64,000 bases of DNA from Octopus vulgaris (GCA_951406725.2 OX597827.1:67394001-67458000), one strand, 5' to 3'; positions 1-13,142 are shown, counted from the stretch's first letter. Numbers and translations: made by a program. Notes: generated by a model from the letters alone, not told the origin.

Positions 1-148
1 CTTTTCTGTGTTTCTTTCTGTCGAAGAGCGTAGGCTCGAAACGTAAAAGACTTGTTCTATTTCTATTCCTGAGCGCAATACTAATACATTTGTTTGTTTG
101 TCCTCCCCCTGCCTTCGTCTTTTGTTAATTTTCGTAAACCTTCCCGTT
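1..148 (+). mobile_element. PLE-like 3' end (family H1) with minimal hammerhead, running into (TA)n
   Basis: Homologous to the minus-strand copies at 4026-4290 and 55590-55802. It terminates directly in (TA)n. Confidence 0.65.
13..50 (+). ncRNA. Minimal hammerhead-like motif (U at core position 6, extra A after A9)
   Basis: TCTTT CTGTCGA A GAGC-gtag-GCTC GAAAC GT A AAAGA: stem I TCTTT/AAAGA, stem II GAGC/GCTC, loopless palindromic stem III ACGT. Confidence 0.6.
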
Positions 149-194
<46 letters not shown>

Positions 195-243
195 TCGGGG
201 TGAGTACTTGATCCTTCGCATCATGTTTTTTTTTTATTTTGAT

Positions 244-311
<68 letters not shown>

Positions 312-317
<6 letters not shown>

Positions 318-607
318 TATTATAATTATGAGTAGAATTATAATTAGGGTTAGGCAAAAAATTTGCTTCACCATGCATCGAACTTTAGAAATAACAGCCA
401 AAGAACCTAGCTAGGTTCTTTGGCTGCTATTTCTAAAGTGTGGTGAAGCAAATTATTTGCCTAACCCTAATTATAATTATACTCATAATTATAATAAATA
501 TTGTTTAAATTTACCGATAATGGTCTTTTTAACGTACCGAATAATACTTGGTGAAATTATTAATTATTAATTAAGTAATTAATTAATTTTACCTTTTATT
601 ATTATTG
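312..607. mobile_element. Fold-back PLE-like insert in (TA)n
   Basis: Near-perfect palindrome centred at 410/411 (AAGAACCTAG|CTAGGTTCTT) with arms of about 90-100 bp. The right arm continues to an ACCTTTTATTATTATTG(AT)n end. It shares GCTGCTATTTC and ACCCTAA(A)TTATAATTATA with 15297-15540. Confidence 0.6.
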
Positions 608-1112
608 ATATATATATATATAATTCAGTTGGAGTTTGTTATATATATATATATGCACACGCAGAGATATTCATCTATATGTATATATATGTATGTATTA
701 CAAGAACAATTATAAAACCTCGTACTCACACGTGACAAAAGACTAATACCCAGATAAGCACACAAACTACAACATATACATAAATATTTTCGTCGCAAGA
801 AAGTGAAGATGATTACATAAATATCTGCATTTAAAGGCTTCTATTACGACAAGCTAATCAATTTAATTACGCATCAATAATTATTTCTTAATGAAACAGA
901 AGGCAGTAATTTCGGGAACATGATTTAAACAATTATATATACCTCAATACTTGACTTTTATTGTAATTTATCAAACCTGGTGAGATTAAACCTCAAAGTA
1001 TATCGATCGCTCTTGAATTCGAAATGTAAATATCCGGAAGAAATATGCTCCGAGTCTTTTGTCAATGCATGTAATATATTTTATTGATAGTAGGAGTGAT
1101 AGAAGGAGTGAT

Positions 1113-1533
1113 ATAGGCGGGGGACTGGCTGTGTGGTAAGTAGATTGCTTGCTAACCACATGGTTCCGAGTTCAGTCCCACTGTGTGGCACTTTGGGTAA
1201 GTGTCTTCTACTATAGCCTCGGGCCGACCAAAGCCTTGTGAGTGGATTTGGTAGACGGAAACTGAAAGACGCATATCGTATATATGTATATATATGTATA
1301 CATGCGTGTATGTATATGTTTGTGTGTCTGTATTTGTCCCCCCCCCCCAACATCGCTTGACAACCGATGCTGGTGTGTTTACGTCCCTGTAACATTAACT
1401 GTTCGGCAAAAGAGACCGATAGAATAAGTACTAGGCTTACAAAGAATAATTCCTGAGGTCGATGTGCTCGACTAAAGGCGGTGCTCCAGCATGACCACAG
1501 TCAAATGACTGAAACAAGTAAAAGAGTAAAAGA
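1113..1533 (+). mobile_element. SINE family A (tRNA-like head, internal TA/GT microsatellite, GAGTAAAA tail)
   Basis: A-box TGGCTGTGTGG and B-box GAGTTCAGTCC. At least 8 colinear copies occur in the window. Confidence 0.88.
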
Positions 1534-2018
1534 CCAATTTTTTAATACATGCACAATGCCTGAAATTTTGTGGGTGAGTACTGCAAGTCAATTTACATCC
1601 ATATTTGTGCTTAACTGGTATTTATTTTATCGACAACGAGAGGATGAATGGCAAAAGTGGAGCTCGGCGATATTTGAACTCAGAACGTAAAGACGGACGA
1701 AACAACTCTAAGTATTTTGTCCGAGATTCTTACGATTTAACCAGCTCACCAGGATCTCCTCCTATGTTACATATATGTGTGTCTGCGTGTGCGTGTATAT
1801 ATGTGTGTCTGTGTGTGTGTTTTGGGGATTATGTGTGAGTGCGGAATACATAGTGTGTTTTTGTGTTTGTGTGCTTATGTGTATGTGTATAAATTTCTCT
1901 GTATATGTAGACATTAACAAATGTACGTATATATGTGTGTGAGTGTATATGTGTCTGTATATAATTTATATATATATATGGGGGGTGTTTATATATTTAT
2001 GTATATATATATATATAC

Positions 2019-2050
<32 letters not shown>

Positions 2051-2177
2051 GTGTTTGTGTGTGTGTGTGTGTGTGTGTGCATCAATGTGAAAGTTATGGA
2101 TATGCCAAGAGTGCCCCACTGCATGATAGAATTTTGTACTACGTGGCCAACCAGAGGCCAATGACTGCGCACATATA

Positions 2178-2240
<63 letters not shown>

Positions 2241-2960
2241 GAAATATTTTCAATCATGTTTCTAGTTAAGCCTCCATTTGATATCACATTAATTACGCTA
2301 ATTGAAACATATTTTTCATTAACCTCTCTTGACCCCCAATCTCCTGGCCTCACTATCTCTGCCAAGTGCCAGCATATCAACCTTGATGCAGGAAATATCC
2401 TTTAAATTAAAACAAACCGAATATCTCTAATTATGATTGTATAACTAATCAAGCTTAAACATTCGCTCTCATACGCTTGGCAAAGGCTACGAAGTAACCG
2501 GTAAAACCTTATCATGCGGAACATTTTCAATTTGCAGTTGCCGACAATGACAAATCACTTATATTAAACCACAAATGCCCCCTACCAAGTAGGAAACATC
2601 TATGAAGCTATACAATTCATTAGAAGTAACAGCCAAAGTTTTTCTAGAACTTCGTACGATATTGTCCGAAGAAAATTAGACGATATATTGACTAACGAAG
2701 ACATAGTGATGGCTTGTCTCAAGAACGTAGATGGTTAGGCCACGACTTGATTGTCTTTTTTTTTTTTTTTTTCGTTGGAGCACATAATATAGATTGATTT
2801 AGGACCAAGCAACATTTTCAATACGGAAGAGATATATAAAGAGGGAGAGAAAGAGTGATAAAGAGAGGGGCCAGATTACGGAGACGCACATGAACATATA
2901 CGCGCGTATGTATACATATACATAGACACACTATATACAATGTGTATCTTTTGAGATTGT

Positions 2961-3034
<74 letters not shown>

Positions 3035-3086
3035 TAATGTATGTTTATACAACACATAAACACACGAACATATATATAAATCATAC

Positions 3087-3149
3087 ATATTATTATCATT
3101 ATTATTATCATTATTATTAGTATTATTATCATTATTATTATTATTATTA

Positions 3150-3180
<31 letters not shown>

Positions 3181-3350
3181 CATTATTATTTTTATTATTA
3201 TTATTATTATCATTAATATTATTATTATTATCATTATTATTATTATTATTATTATTTTTATTATCATTATTATTATTATTATTATCATTATTATTATTTT
3301 ATTACTATTATTATTATTATTATTATTATTATTATGATTATTATTATTAT
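3087..3350. repeat. (ATT)n/(ATC) microsatellite
   Basis: Read directly. Confidence 0.95.
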
Positions 3351-3942
3351 ACCCCGTATAATATATATATATATATATATTTGTACTTATATGTGTGTTT
3401 GTTTTTGTGTGGCCACTTTATCAATTTCAAAGCTTCATTACTCTACATTCATACCAACTAATAGCAACTGATGTTTGCTCTTAGCTAGCAGAGAAACTCT
3501 AGTAAAGATGCTGCGAATAACAAACGAAATGGGGGAGCAGTACCTGAAACCTTCTGGCCTGCATCAGTGCTTTCCAGCCAGAGAGTTGTAGCTATTTACA
3601 ATATTATAATTTCCACAGATGAGTCGCAAAATTCTCCGACAAAAGTTTACCTTACCTCTGTTTCCTGTCCTTTGATTTCGATGTCTATAGTTAAAAATTA
3701 AAACCACTGTGCCCTTGGTAGTCAACTATCATAGGGAAGACAAGCTATCCTAGATTATGTCACCGTATGTTCGGGCACACAATTGCAATTTTTTCAGACG
3801 AAAATTTATGTCCAAGGACGGAAGGTCTCCTTAGAGACTAAGACATCTTTAGGGTAAGAAAAATACTATAAGAAATATTTATATCCATCACATATGTTTC
3901 CCAACTAGAATATTTTCTAAATCATATATATACAAACATACA

Positions 3943-4025
<83 letters not shown>

Positions 4026-4290
4026 CGTTGAAATTTACGGAAAAACAAAAGATGAAGACAGGTGTATGAACAACAAGCAAGTGTAACAGTTTGACCTTTG
4101 GGAAAGTGAAAATGTCTACTATTACGTTTCGAGCCTACGCTCTTCAACAGAAAGGAATAAGAGGCAATAAACAGAGAGAGGACTAAAAAAAACTTGTTGG
4201 TTTAGCGGTCAAGCATGGTGACTGGTTAGAAAAAAATGGTTTGACAGGAGAGGCTGAAAAAAGAGGAGATAATAAAGTGTAGGTTATCCC
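4026..4290 (-). mobile_element. PLE-like 3' end (family H1) with hammerhead-like motif at 4118-4155
   Basis: The minus strand reads CCTTT CTGTTGA A GAGC GTAG GCTC GAAAC GTA ATAG. It abuts (TA)n. Shorter ends of the same family are at about 17125-17194 (-) and 44370-44463 (+). Confidence 0.6.
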
Positions 4291-4497
4291 AAACGAAGTA
4301 CCGCGCGCGTGTATCTGTATGTGAGAATGTGTAAGTGTGTGTAGATATTATAATAGTGGCTGTATAGTGGTTTCTGACCGCTTTTTCTAAACATGCAAGG
4401 AGTTTTTGAAATCTTCTTAGTTATAATTGTGGACTTGTTCATAATTATAAATACTCTTCTTCATATATATACATACGTGTGCATCTGTGTATGTGTG

Positions 4498-4528
<31 letters not shown>

Positions 4529-4530
4529 AC

Positions 4531-5182
4531 AATAATGAGGGTGAATAAAATTATAGGTATTAATTCAATAATACCCTTATTTTAACACCAAGCGACCTAG
4601 CACAAAAAACCGGTGACACAACTTCATATTTATCCGTAAATATTAGAGAGCCAACTTTGAATATGTTAACTCTAGTGCTAGAAATAGGTCCGACCGGTAA
4701 CAGTCGCCGACTATAATTCCACATAGAAATAGCACCACAGTCAACGCTATGAAATTAAATTACTACTAAATAATGGATTAATGTTGTACAATTGTTTCCT
4801 CATTAACAAAATTCAGATTATACTTACATAATTGTCTATGATTCGTCTTCCACTTAGCATTTACTTTCGGCGGGAAATTTGTAACTACAACAGAATGTAA
4901 TTCATCGGACCATATGAGAATCGTCGCTCGTAAGGGTCTGATCAATTATATTGACAAATGTTGCTGACGAATCATAGACAATTATGTAAGTATAATCTGC
5001 ATTTTGTTAATGAGGAAAGAATTGTACAACATTAATCCATTATTTAGTAGTAATTTAATTTCATAGCGTTGACTGTGGTGCTATTTCTATGTGGAATTAT
5101 AGTCGGCAACTTTTACCGGTCGGACCTATTTCTAGCACTAGAGTTAACATATTCAAAGTTGGCTCTCTAATATTTACGGATA
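4531..5182. mobile_element. Fold-back PLE-like insert in (TA)n
   Basis: Inverted arms 4631-4847 and 4966-5182 (about 217 bp, few mismatches) with a spacer at 4848-4965. The left arm extends to a 3'-terminus-like CACCCTCATTATTG(TA)n on the minus strand. Confidence 0.75.
4957..5033 (+). ncRNA. Type I hammerhead motif with long stem II
   Basis: AATGTTG CTGACGA ATCATAGACAA...TTGTTAATGAG GAAA G-AATT-G TA CAACATT, with a 7-bp stem I. The mirror arm retains GAAAC-AATT-GTA (palindromic stem III). Confidence 0.7.
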
Positions 5183-5208
5183 TATATATATATATATATA
5201 TATAAAGC

Positions 5209-5250
<42 letters not shown>

Positions 5251-5757
5251 TATGAATATCTATATACACATGAATGTGCATCTACGTGTATGTGCCTTTT
5301 GTGTTTGTCCGCAAACGACCGCTTGGCAACCGGTATTGCTTTGTTTCCGTCCTGTGAACTAGCGATTCGGCAGAAGAATGCGTTAGATTAAGTACCAGGT
5401 TCAAAGAATAAATACTGGGGCGTATTGTTTTTTATTTTTTATTTTTTTTAATATTTTTTACTAAATCCCTCAAGGCTGTGCCTCAGTTTGGCAGCTGTCC
5501 AATGACTTACTTCAATTCTACGTTGTATATTTCTCTCCATGTTACTTTTATTTATTTTTTCCTTTAGTTTCTCTTAACTGAGAAAATTCTGATTACATTA
5601 GAAGCCGTATCTGACAATATACATCGATAATTCTCGTACTATCTCTTCTATTGAATAGATTCAGTTATTTGTTGCTGCGAACATGTTTTATTGCCAAGTC
5701 CTGTTACTTTTATTAACTTTTCATGGAGCTGCTTCCTCAGGTGTAACATGAACTTGG

Positions 5758-5807
<50 letters not shown>

Positions 5808-6031
5808 AGAGAGAGAGGTAAAGAGGTAGATAGATAGACATTATACACACACAAGTATATGCATATATATATATATGTGTGTTTGTGTGCGTGTGTATGT
5901 GTATATGTGTTTGTATACATGCATATATAAATATATACGTATACATACCGACATATATATATACATATATATATATATATACATATATACATACATGTAT
6001 ATATATATATACATACATACACATACATTCC

Positions 6032-6091
<60 letters not shown>

Positions 6092-6539
6092 CATACATAC
6101 ATACATAAAACTTTGACAAACTGCAGAAACCCGATGAATATCACCACGCTTTCCCACGTGTTAGTATTATGTAAACCAAAAACATTCCAGACCCATTAGT
6201 GCGCACATACTCACAGAAGTAGATGCACACGCGCGAGCGCACATACACACACATTCACACACAGACACTTGCACATAGACATACACATTCGTGCAGTTTC
6301 ATGTAGCAAAACCATCGTTCATTCACTCACTAATATCTCATAAAACATTCATACTTCCAAAAACACACTGAAAGGACAGAACCATATGTAATTTAGCCGC
6401 ACGTTATGTTCCCATCTATTTTGCATTGTTTCAGCTAAGTTCTCTAATTCAACACAATGTTCACCTGTTTTGGTGCTAGTATTTTTCCCTTTATCATTTA
6501 GTATAGTAGAGACGCTTTCTAGTTAGTTAAATATTTACA

Positions 6540-7240
6540 TTGGAAATACGATGCCCTTCCATATCATTTGGATGGAGGTTTTTTCCCAGTGTTTCCTTCA
6601 CGATTTGCTTCAATTCCTTACGTGTTTTGCATTATGTGTTCCGTAGTATATACACTGTTTGAGAGCTGATTCATTCTCTGTAAGACTGCCTCTGTCTCTT
6701 TCATATGGAAGTTATATATTTCTACGTGGTCGTTTCGCGATAAGGCTTTTGTTAATTTTAGGCGGATTACCTCATTTTTTATGCGTAGAAGTCAATAATT
6801 TCTATGAGATATCCTATTTCAAGTATGACGACCTTGTATTGTTTCCCATAAGTCTACATACCTTTTCAAGCGTTGTAATTACATTTTTGACTTGAGAGTT
6901 AAAACCTTCAGTCTACTCCTGATTTCTATTGGATTTAATGTTGATAGGTAAGAGAAATGGAACAGTACGTTCTCTGATGATATTGTCTGTATTTCGGATG
7001 TTCGTATAAAGAGACCAATGCTGAATCCTGTTTCACATGATTTTGGTATAAATTGCAATAAAACTCATGGAAGGAAATACATTATAATACACATCCTGTT
7101 TGTAACGGAATGGTTCTGTGGCAGTTTTTTTCCGGAGAATAACTACTTCAAAAACCACCTGTAATAAGCACTAAGCAGAGTATAGGTACTCAAATACTGG
7201 ATAGCCCCCAGCAATCTCATGTGAAACCAGTTAAATGGTT
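6540..7240 (-). pseudogene. Possible highly decayed non-LTR RT fragment
   Basis: Unique A-rich minus-strand segment with faint RT-like peptides (VSHE.., TEPFRYKQDVL). Weak. Confidence 0.25.
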
Positions 7241-7277
7241 GTAATTAAAGCATATCTTCAACTTTTATTTGTGTGTG

Positions 7278-7337
<60 letters not shown>

Positions 7338-7397
7338 TATATACAAGATAAACTTACTTGGAAATGGATGCGTGGTATTCAATGAAATAGTAATATA

Positions 7398-7440
<43 letters not shown>

Positions 7441-8268
7441 TATATATATATGTATACACATATATATATGTATATATATATGCATATACATATATATATG
7501 CATATATATATATATATATATATATTCAAATATATTTGTATACACATATATATATGTATATATATATGCATATACATATATATATGCATATATATATATA
7601 TATATTATGTATGCATATATATATATATATATGTATGTATGTATGTATATGTATATATATCCATATATGGGTACAGGGCGTCATAAACAGTAAATAACAT
7701 GAAATACGAAAACAATTGAGAGTTGAATACGCAAACAACGGGTGGAACAAATGGAAAATAGGAAAAGTAGCATAAAGAATGAGCCTTCATCGGTTGTTGG
7801 CTGCCTATCCACTCCTCATATCGATCATTGGACGAAAATATGAGTCTTCGAAATCAGATACCGATATATAAGATCGAATAATCCAGGTGTAGGAAGATGG
7901 TAAACTTCGTGCAGTCCGTAGAGTTTATAAAAAAACAATTTTCAGCAAAATAGTAGTTCATTGGCGTAGAATAGTGTGACGTTTTCCCATATCGATGTTC
8001 GATAAGCAGGTAAAAATTTATTTTATAGTTCACGGTTAGCAACTGAGATTGCTATATATGCGAATAAAAATCCAAATTTAGGGAATGTAGCAGGTAAAAT
8101 CCAGGCTACATATGTTTCCTAGCTAGCAGAACCTGAGAGGTAATAATTACTTAACGAGGGGTTCTCCATTAGTTACCCATCAAGTCGAAGATTCTTTAGT
8201 TAAATGAAGAGATAACATTGTCGTCAAGGGATTCCAAGTGAAGTAGTAGGAGATTTGATATACATATG

Positions 8269-8678
8269 GATGCAAGAGCGGCTGTGTGGTAAGTAGCTTT
8301 CTTACCAACCACCTGGTTCCGGGTTCAGTCCCACTGCGTGGTACCTAGGGCAAGTGTCTTCTACTATAGCCTCGGGCCGACTGAAGTCTTCTGAGTGGAT
8401 TTGGTAGAAGGAAACTGAAAGAATCCCGTCGTATATATATACATATGTTTGTGTGTGTGTGTGTTTGTGTGTCTCTGTTTGCCCCCCCCCCCCCAACGTC
8501 ACTTGACAACCGATGCTGGTGTGTTTACGTCCCCGTAACTTAGCGGTTCGGCAAAAGGGACAGATAGAATACGTACTAGGCTTACACAGAATAAGTCCTG
8601 GGGTCGATTTGCTCGACTAAAAGCGGTGCTCCAGCATGGCCGCAGTCAAATGACTGAAAAAAGTAAAGGGGTGAAGAG
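8269..8678 (+). mobile_element. SINE family A
   Basis: Colinear with 1113-1533. Confidence 0.88.
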
Positions 8679-8688
8679 TTATAATTGA

Positions 8689-8929
8689 GGACACTGGAAT
8701 TACACCGCCTATACGCTAAAAGTAGATGTCAAATACGTACAATCCATTCTAAATTTTTCTCTATTTATAACACAACGCCGAATGCGAGGAAATAAGCAAG
8801 AAGTTTTACAAATGTCGGTCCTCACGTTCGGCCTTCCGTTATAAATAGAGGACAAATAGAGATAGACAGAATGGATTGTAAGTATTTGACATCTATTTCA
8901 AGCGTATAGACGCTGGCATTCCAGTGCCC
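8689..8929. mobile_element. MITE with long imperfect inverted repeats and TTAA-type flanks (Kolobok/piggyBac-type target)
   Basis: ttga|GGACACTGGAAT...ATTCCAGTGCCC|ttaa. The arms pair over about 110 bp (e.g. TAGATGTCAAATAC/GTATTTGACATCTA). Confidence 0.65.
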
Positions 8930-9207
8930 TTAATTATAATCATATTTTCATAATTACATACTTAGAAATAAAATTTACTCATATGGTCGTTGTTTACACG
9001 ATAGCCACTGGTATAATCATGTTAATGATTATATCCTCAATCTATATATAAATATGTGTATGTATATATATGTGGCTTCTAAACACCTTCCTCGCTGCAA
9101 TGCATGTACATCTCCGTAATATATATATATATATATATATATATATTTCGGAATGGTCATATTGCCAGTTTAGCCAATAAAAAATCTTGCACAACAAATA
9201 TTTAAAC

Positions 9208-9256
<49 letters not shown>

Positions 9257-10371
9257 TATATATCTTACTCTTGTTATTATTGAAGCAATGAACTGAATGA
9301 TTCATGAGCGAAATGCTATCGCTATTTCGTGCCGATTTATTTTCTGGTTTCAACTGCCTCCAGGTCGACAATGTCTTTCATCCTACAAGAAGCTGCAGAA
9401 GCACAAACACCACTCCTTCATTATACGTTGCTAAGCAACTAATGACAACTAGAGAAAAATGGGAAATTGATGCAAGAAACACGTTAATAGAAATGGCGGA
9501 TTTAGCGATGTATATCATTTTTCTTAAGAAAGTTAAGGCTTACTGCAAATTATTACGTCACCGTAGTTTTGGTTACGCCTGTTTCAACGTTTACTTATCG
9601 GGCGCTTTAATTCTTTGTTCCTTTATTGACTCCACCTCTCCCGCTCTCCATATTTATACATGTATATTTCTTTACACGTCTACGTGCATCTTTAGGAATG
9701 CGTTTGCCGTCACCGCCAAGACGTACCGTCACTAAAACAGATCGTGCATCCAGTCATCCGTGCCAAATCATAAGCGTACAAACAGCCGCGCCCAATCACC
9801 CCGTTCCGTTAAGTTACCGCCCGTAAAACAATTCATATCAAAAAATCGAATTCTTTGCTAAAGAGCAAATTCGATTTGTCAGAAATTTAATAAACAACAT
9901 TAACCAATTTCTAACACAACTTCTTAATAATGTTATTCCATTCATCTTTTCTTCCTCTACAACTATTCTTAGACATTTCTACTTCTCTACACTTCTTTAC
10001 TCCCATTTCTTAGTTTTCTTATCGTTGTTTATTGTTCATTTTCTTCTTCTCGCCTTTTATTTATCTTGTTAGTCCTCTTTGTTTTTCATCAATAGGTTCT
10101 TTCTTATGTGATACATAAACACTTGATTAACAAAAGAGAAACTGGAACACCAGTATACTAAATTAAATTCATTAAATATCGAAGCGATATCGCGAAAATA
10201 AAGAAATAAATATAGGTGTGGAGAGCGAGGATGTGAAGGTATTAATAAGTAGGTCAGCGTAAAATGCATGGCGGAATTTCGTCAGTCTTTAAGATCCAGG
10301 AGCTCATCCGAGGTCATCCTTTCAGAATCCTTGAAATCAGTACCAGCTGAGCACAAGAGCCGATGAAATAA

Positions 10372-11972
10372 ATGCCAGAATGGGGGTCAATGAAATATAT
10401 GCCAGAATTGGGGTCAATGAAATAAATGCCAGAATAGAGGTCGATGAAATAAATGCCAGAATTGGAGTCAATGAAATAAATGCCAGAATTGGAGTCAATG
10501 AAATATATGCCAGAATAGGGGTCAATGAAATAAATGCCAGAATAAGGGTCAATGAAATAAATGCCAGAATTGGAGTCAATGAAATAAATGCCAGAATAGG
10601 GGTCAATGAAATAAATGCCAGAATAGGGGTCAATGAAATAAATGCCAGAATAGGGGTCAATGAAATAAATGCCATAATAGGGGTCAATGAAATAAATGCC
10701 AGAATAGGGGTCAATGAATTAAATGCCAGAATAGGGGTCAATGAAATAAATGCCAGAATAGGGATCGATGAAATAAATGCCAGAATTGGGGTCAATGAAA
10801 TAAATGTCAGAATAGGGTATCAATGAAATAAATGCCATAATAGGGGTCAATGAAATAAATGCCAGAATAGGGGTCAATGAAATAAATGCCAGAATAGGGG
10901 TCAATGAAATAAATGCCAGAATAGGGGTCAATGAAATAAATGCCAGAATAGGGGTCAATGAAATAAATGTCAGAATAGGGGTCAATGAAATAAATGCCAG
11001 AATAGGTATCAATGAAATAAATGCCATAATAGGGGTCAATGAAATAAATGCCAGAATAGGGGTCAATTAAATATATGCCAGAATAGGGTATCAATGAAAT
11101 AAATGCCATAATAGGGGTCAATGAAATTAATGCCAGAATTGGGGTCAATGAAATATATGCCAGAATTGGGGTCAATGAAATAAATGCCAGAATGGGGGTC
11201 AATGAAATATATGCCAGAATTGGGGTCAATGAAATAAATGCCAGAATAGAGGTCGATGAAATAAATGCCAGAATTGGAGTCAATGAAATAAATGCCAGAA
11301 TTGGAGTCAATGAAATATATGCCAGAATAGGGGTCAATGAAATAAATGCCAGAATAAGGGTCAATGAAATAAATGCCAGAATTGGAGTCAATGAAATAAA
11401 TGCCAGAATAGGGGTCAATGAAATAAATGCCAGAATAGGGGTCAATGAAATAAATGCCAGAATAGGGGTCAATGAAATAAATGCCATAATAGGGGTCAAT
11501 GAAATAAATGCCAGAATAGGGGTCAATGAATTAAATGCCAGAATAGGGGTCAATGAAATAAATGCCAGAATAGGGATCGATGAAATAAATGCCAGAATTG
11601 GGGTCAATGAAATAAATGTCAGAATAGGGTATCAATGAAATAAATGCCATAATAGGGGTCAATTAAATAAATGCCAGAATAGGGGTCAATGAAATAAATG
11701 CCAGAGTAGGGGTCAATGAAATAAATGCCAGAATAGGGGTCAATGAAATAAATGTCAGAATAGGGGTCAATGAAATAAATGCCAGAATAGGTATCAATGA
11801 AATAAATGCCATAATAGGGGTCAATGAAATAAATGCCAGAATAGGGGTCAATTAAATATATGCCAGAATAGGGTATCAATGAAATAAATGCCATAATAGG
11901 GGTCAATGAAATAAATGCCAGAATTGGGGTCAATGAAATATATGCCAGAATAGGGGTCAATTAAATAAATGC
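10372..11972. repeat. 27-bp minisatellite (about 59 units; consensus GGGGTCAATGAAATAAATGCCAGAATA) with an 812-bp higher-order repeat
   Basis: Read directly. The variant order at 10380-10826 recurs at 11192-11638 (identical translated ORFs). Occasional 28-bp units (AGGGTATCAAT) occur. Confidence 0.97.
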
Positions 11973-13037
11973 TAGCTGAATACTGGGGTCGATATAATCC
12001 AGAACCCTGAGGGTCTTGTGTCACAGTGTGAAACCCATTAGTGCATTAGCGTGTTGGCAGAGATCGTTACAGAGTTGATAAAACTGCATTATGATATTTC
12101 ATATATCATATGTTTCTTACGCATATGTACTCGGGGACGGGGCAAAACAGAGACAAATAGACATTGATAAAGATACATACGCACGTGTGTGTGAGCGTGT
12201 GTGTGTGTGTGTGTATGAGTGACTGTGTGTCTGTGTGTATGAATGGTGGATGAGAGAGGAGTAATGGTTGTCGAGACGATATATTGCAAATATAAAACAC
12301 GAGGAGGTTGTAGCCGAAATTATTAACCAGAGTATGCATACATAAATACATACATACATACATAGGTTTGTGAACGCTGTGTGTAGATGTATGTATGTCT
12401 CTGTATCTGCGTGTGTGTATGTGTGTTTGTCTGTGTGTTTGTCTGTGTGTTTATATCTGTTTCTGTGTGTATGTGAATGTATATGTTTGCACGTTTTCGT
12501 ATTATCAGAAGTTTGTTCAGGCAATTCAGAAATATATTAATTATCATTTCACGCACAGACTTGTTAAGTCTAATATAAGGTTAGAAGTTGACGGAAGTAA
12601 GCATAATCTAGTGTTATTGTCAGGTATATAAGAAAGGTCATAAATACGAGGAAATGTTGGGCATTTTGAATTTTAAAATATCAGTATTGATATTGTAATT
12701 ATCTGTTGGAACTTTGAAAACGCGGACAACTTCGCAAATTTAGGTCAATGTAATATATTTCAATTTATCTCTATTGTATTATACACAAAAGATTTTCAAT
12801 CATTCGTTCTAAAGGACAAACGTTTTTATATGTATATATCACATATATAGATAGAGATAGATAGACAAATACATAGCTAGATAGATCGATAGATAATAGA
12901 TAGATAGACTTATGTTTATATGCATGCATATATATATATACATATACACACACACAGACATCATCCATATATATTTATTTATATGTTAGTAAATGTGTAT
13001 ATGAAGGTAAACATTCATATCTCTCTCTGTGTCTGTT

Positions 13038-13099
<62 letters not shown>

Positions 13100-13142
13100 A
13101 TATATATATACATATATATATATATATGTGTGTATATATATA

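Noticed and set aside
6970-7000. Hammerhead at CTGATGA (6974)
   Set aside because: No downstream GAAA and stems on the same strand.
7780-7800. Hammerhead at minus-strand CCGATGAAGGC
   Set aside because: No closing stem II or GAAA/NUH at a suitable distance.
9304-9735. 143-aa ORF as a standalone gene
   Set aside because: No recognisable domain and no support beyond length; such ORFs arise by chance.
10372-11972. CRISPR array, or a repeat protein gene (GVNEINARI)n
   Set aside because: Units are head-to-tail with no unique spacers and there are no cas genes. The 28-bp units frameshift the ORFs, and the unit derives from a SINE core.
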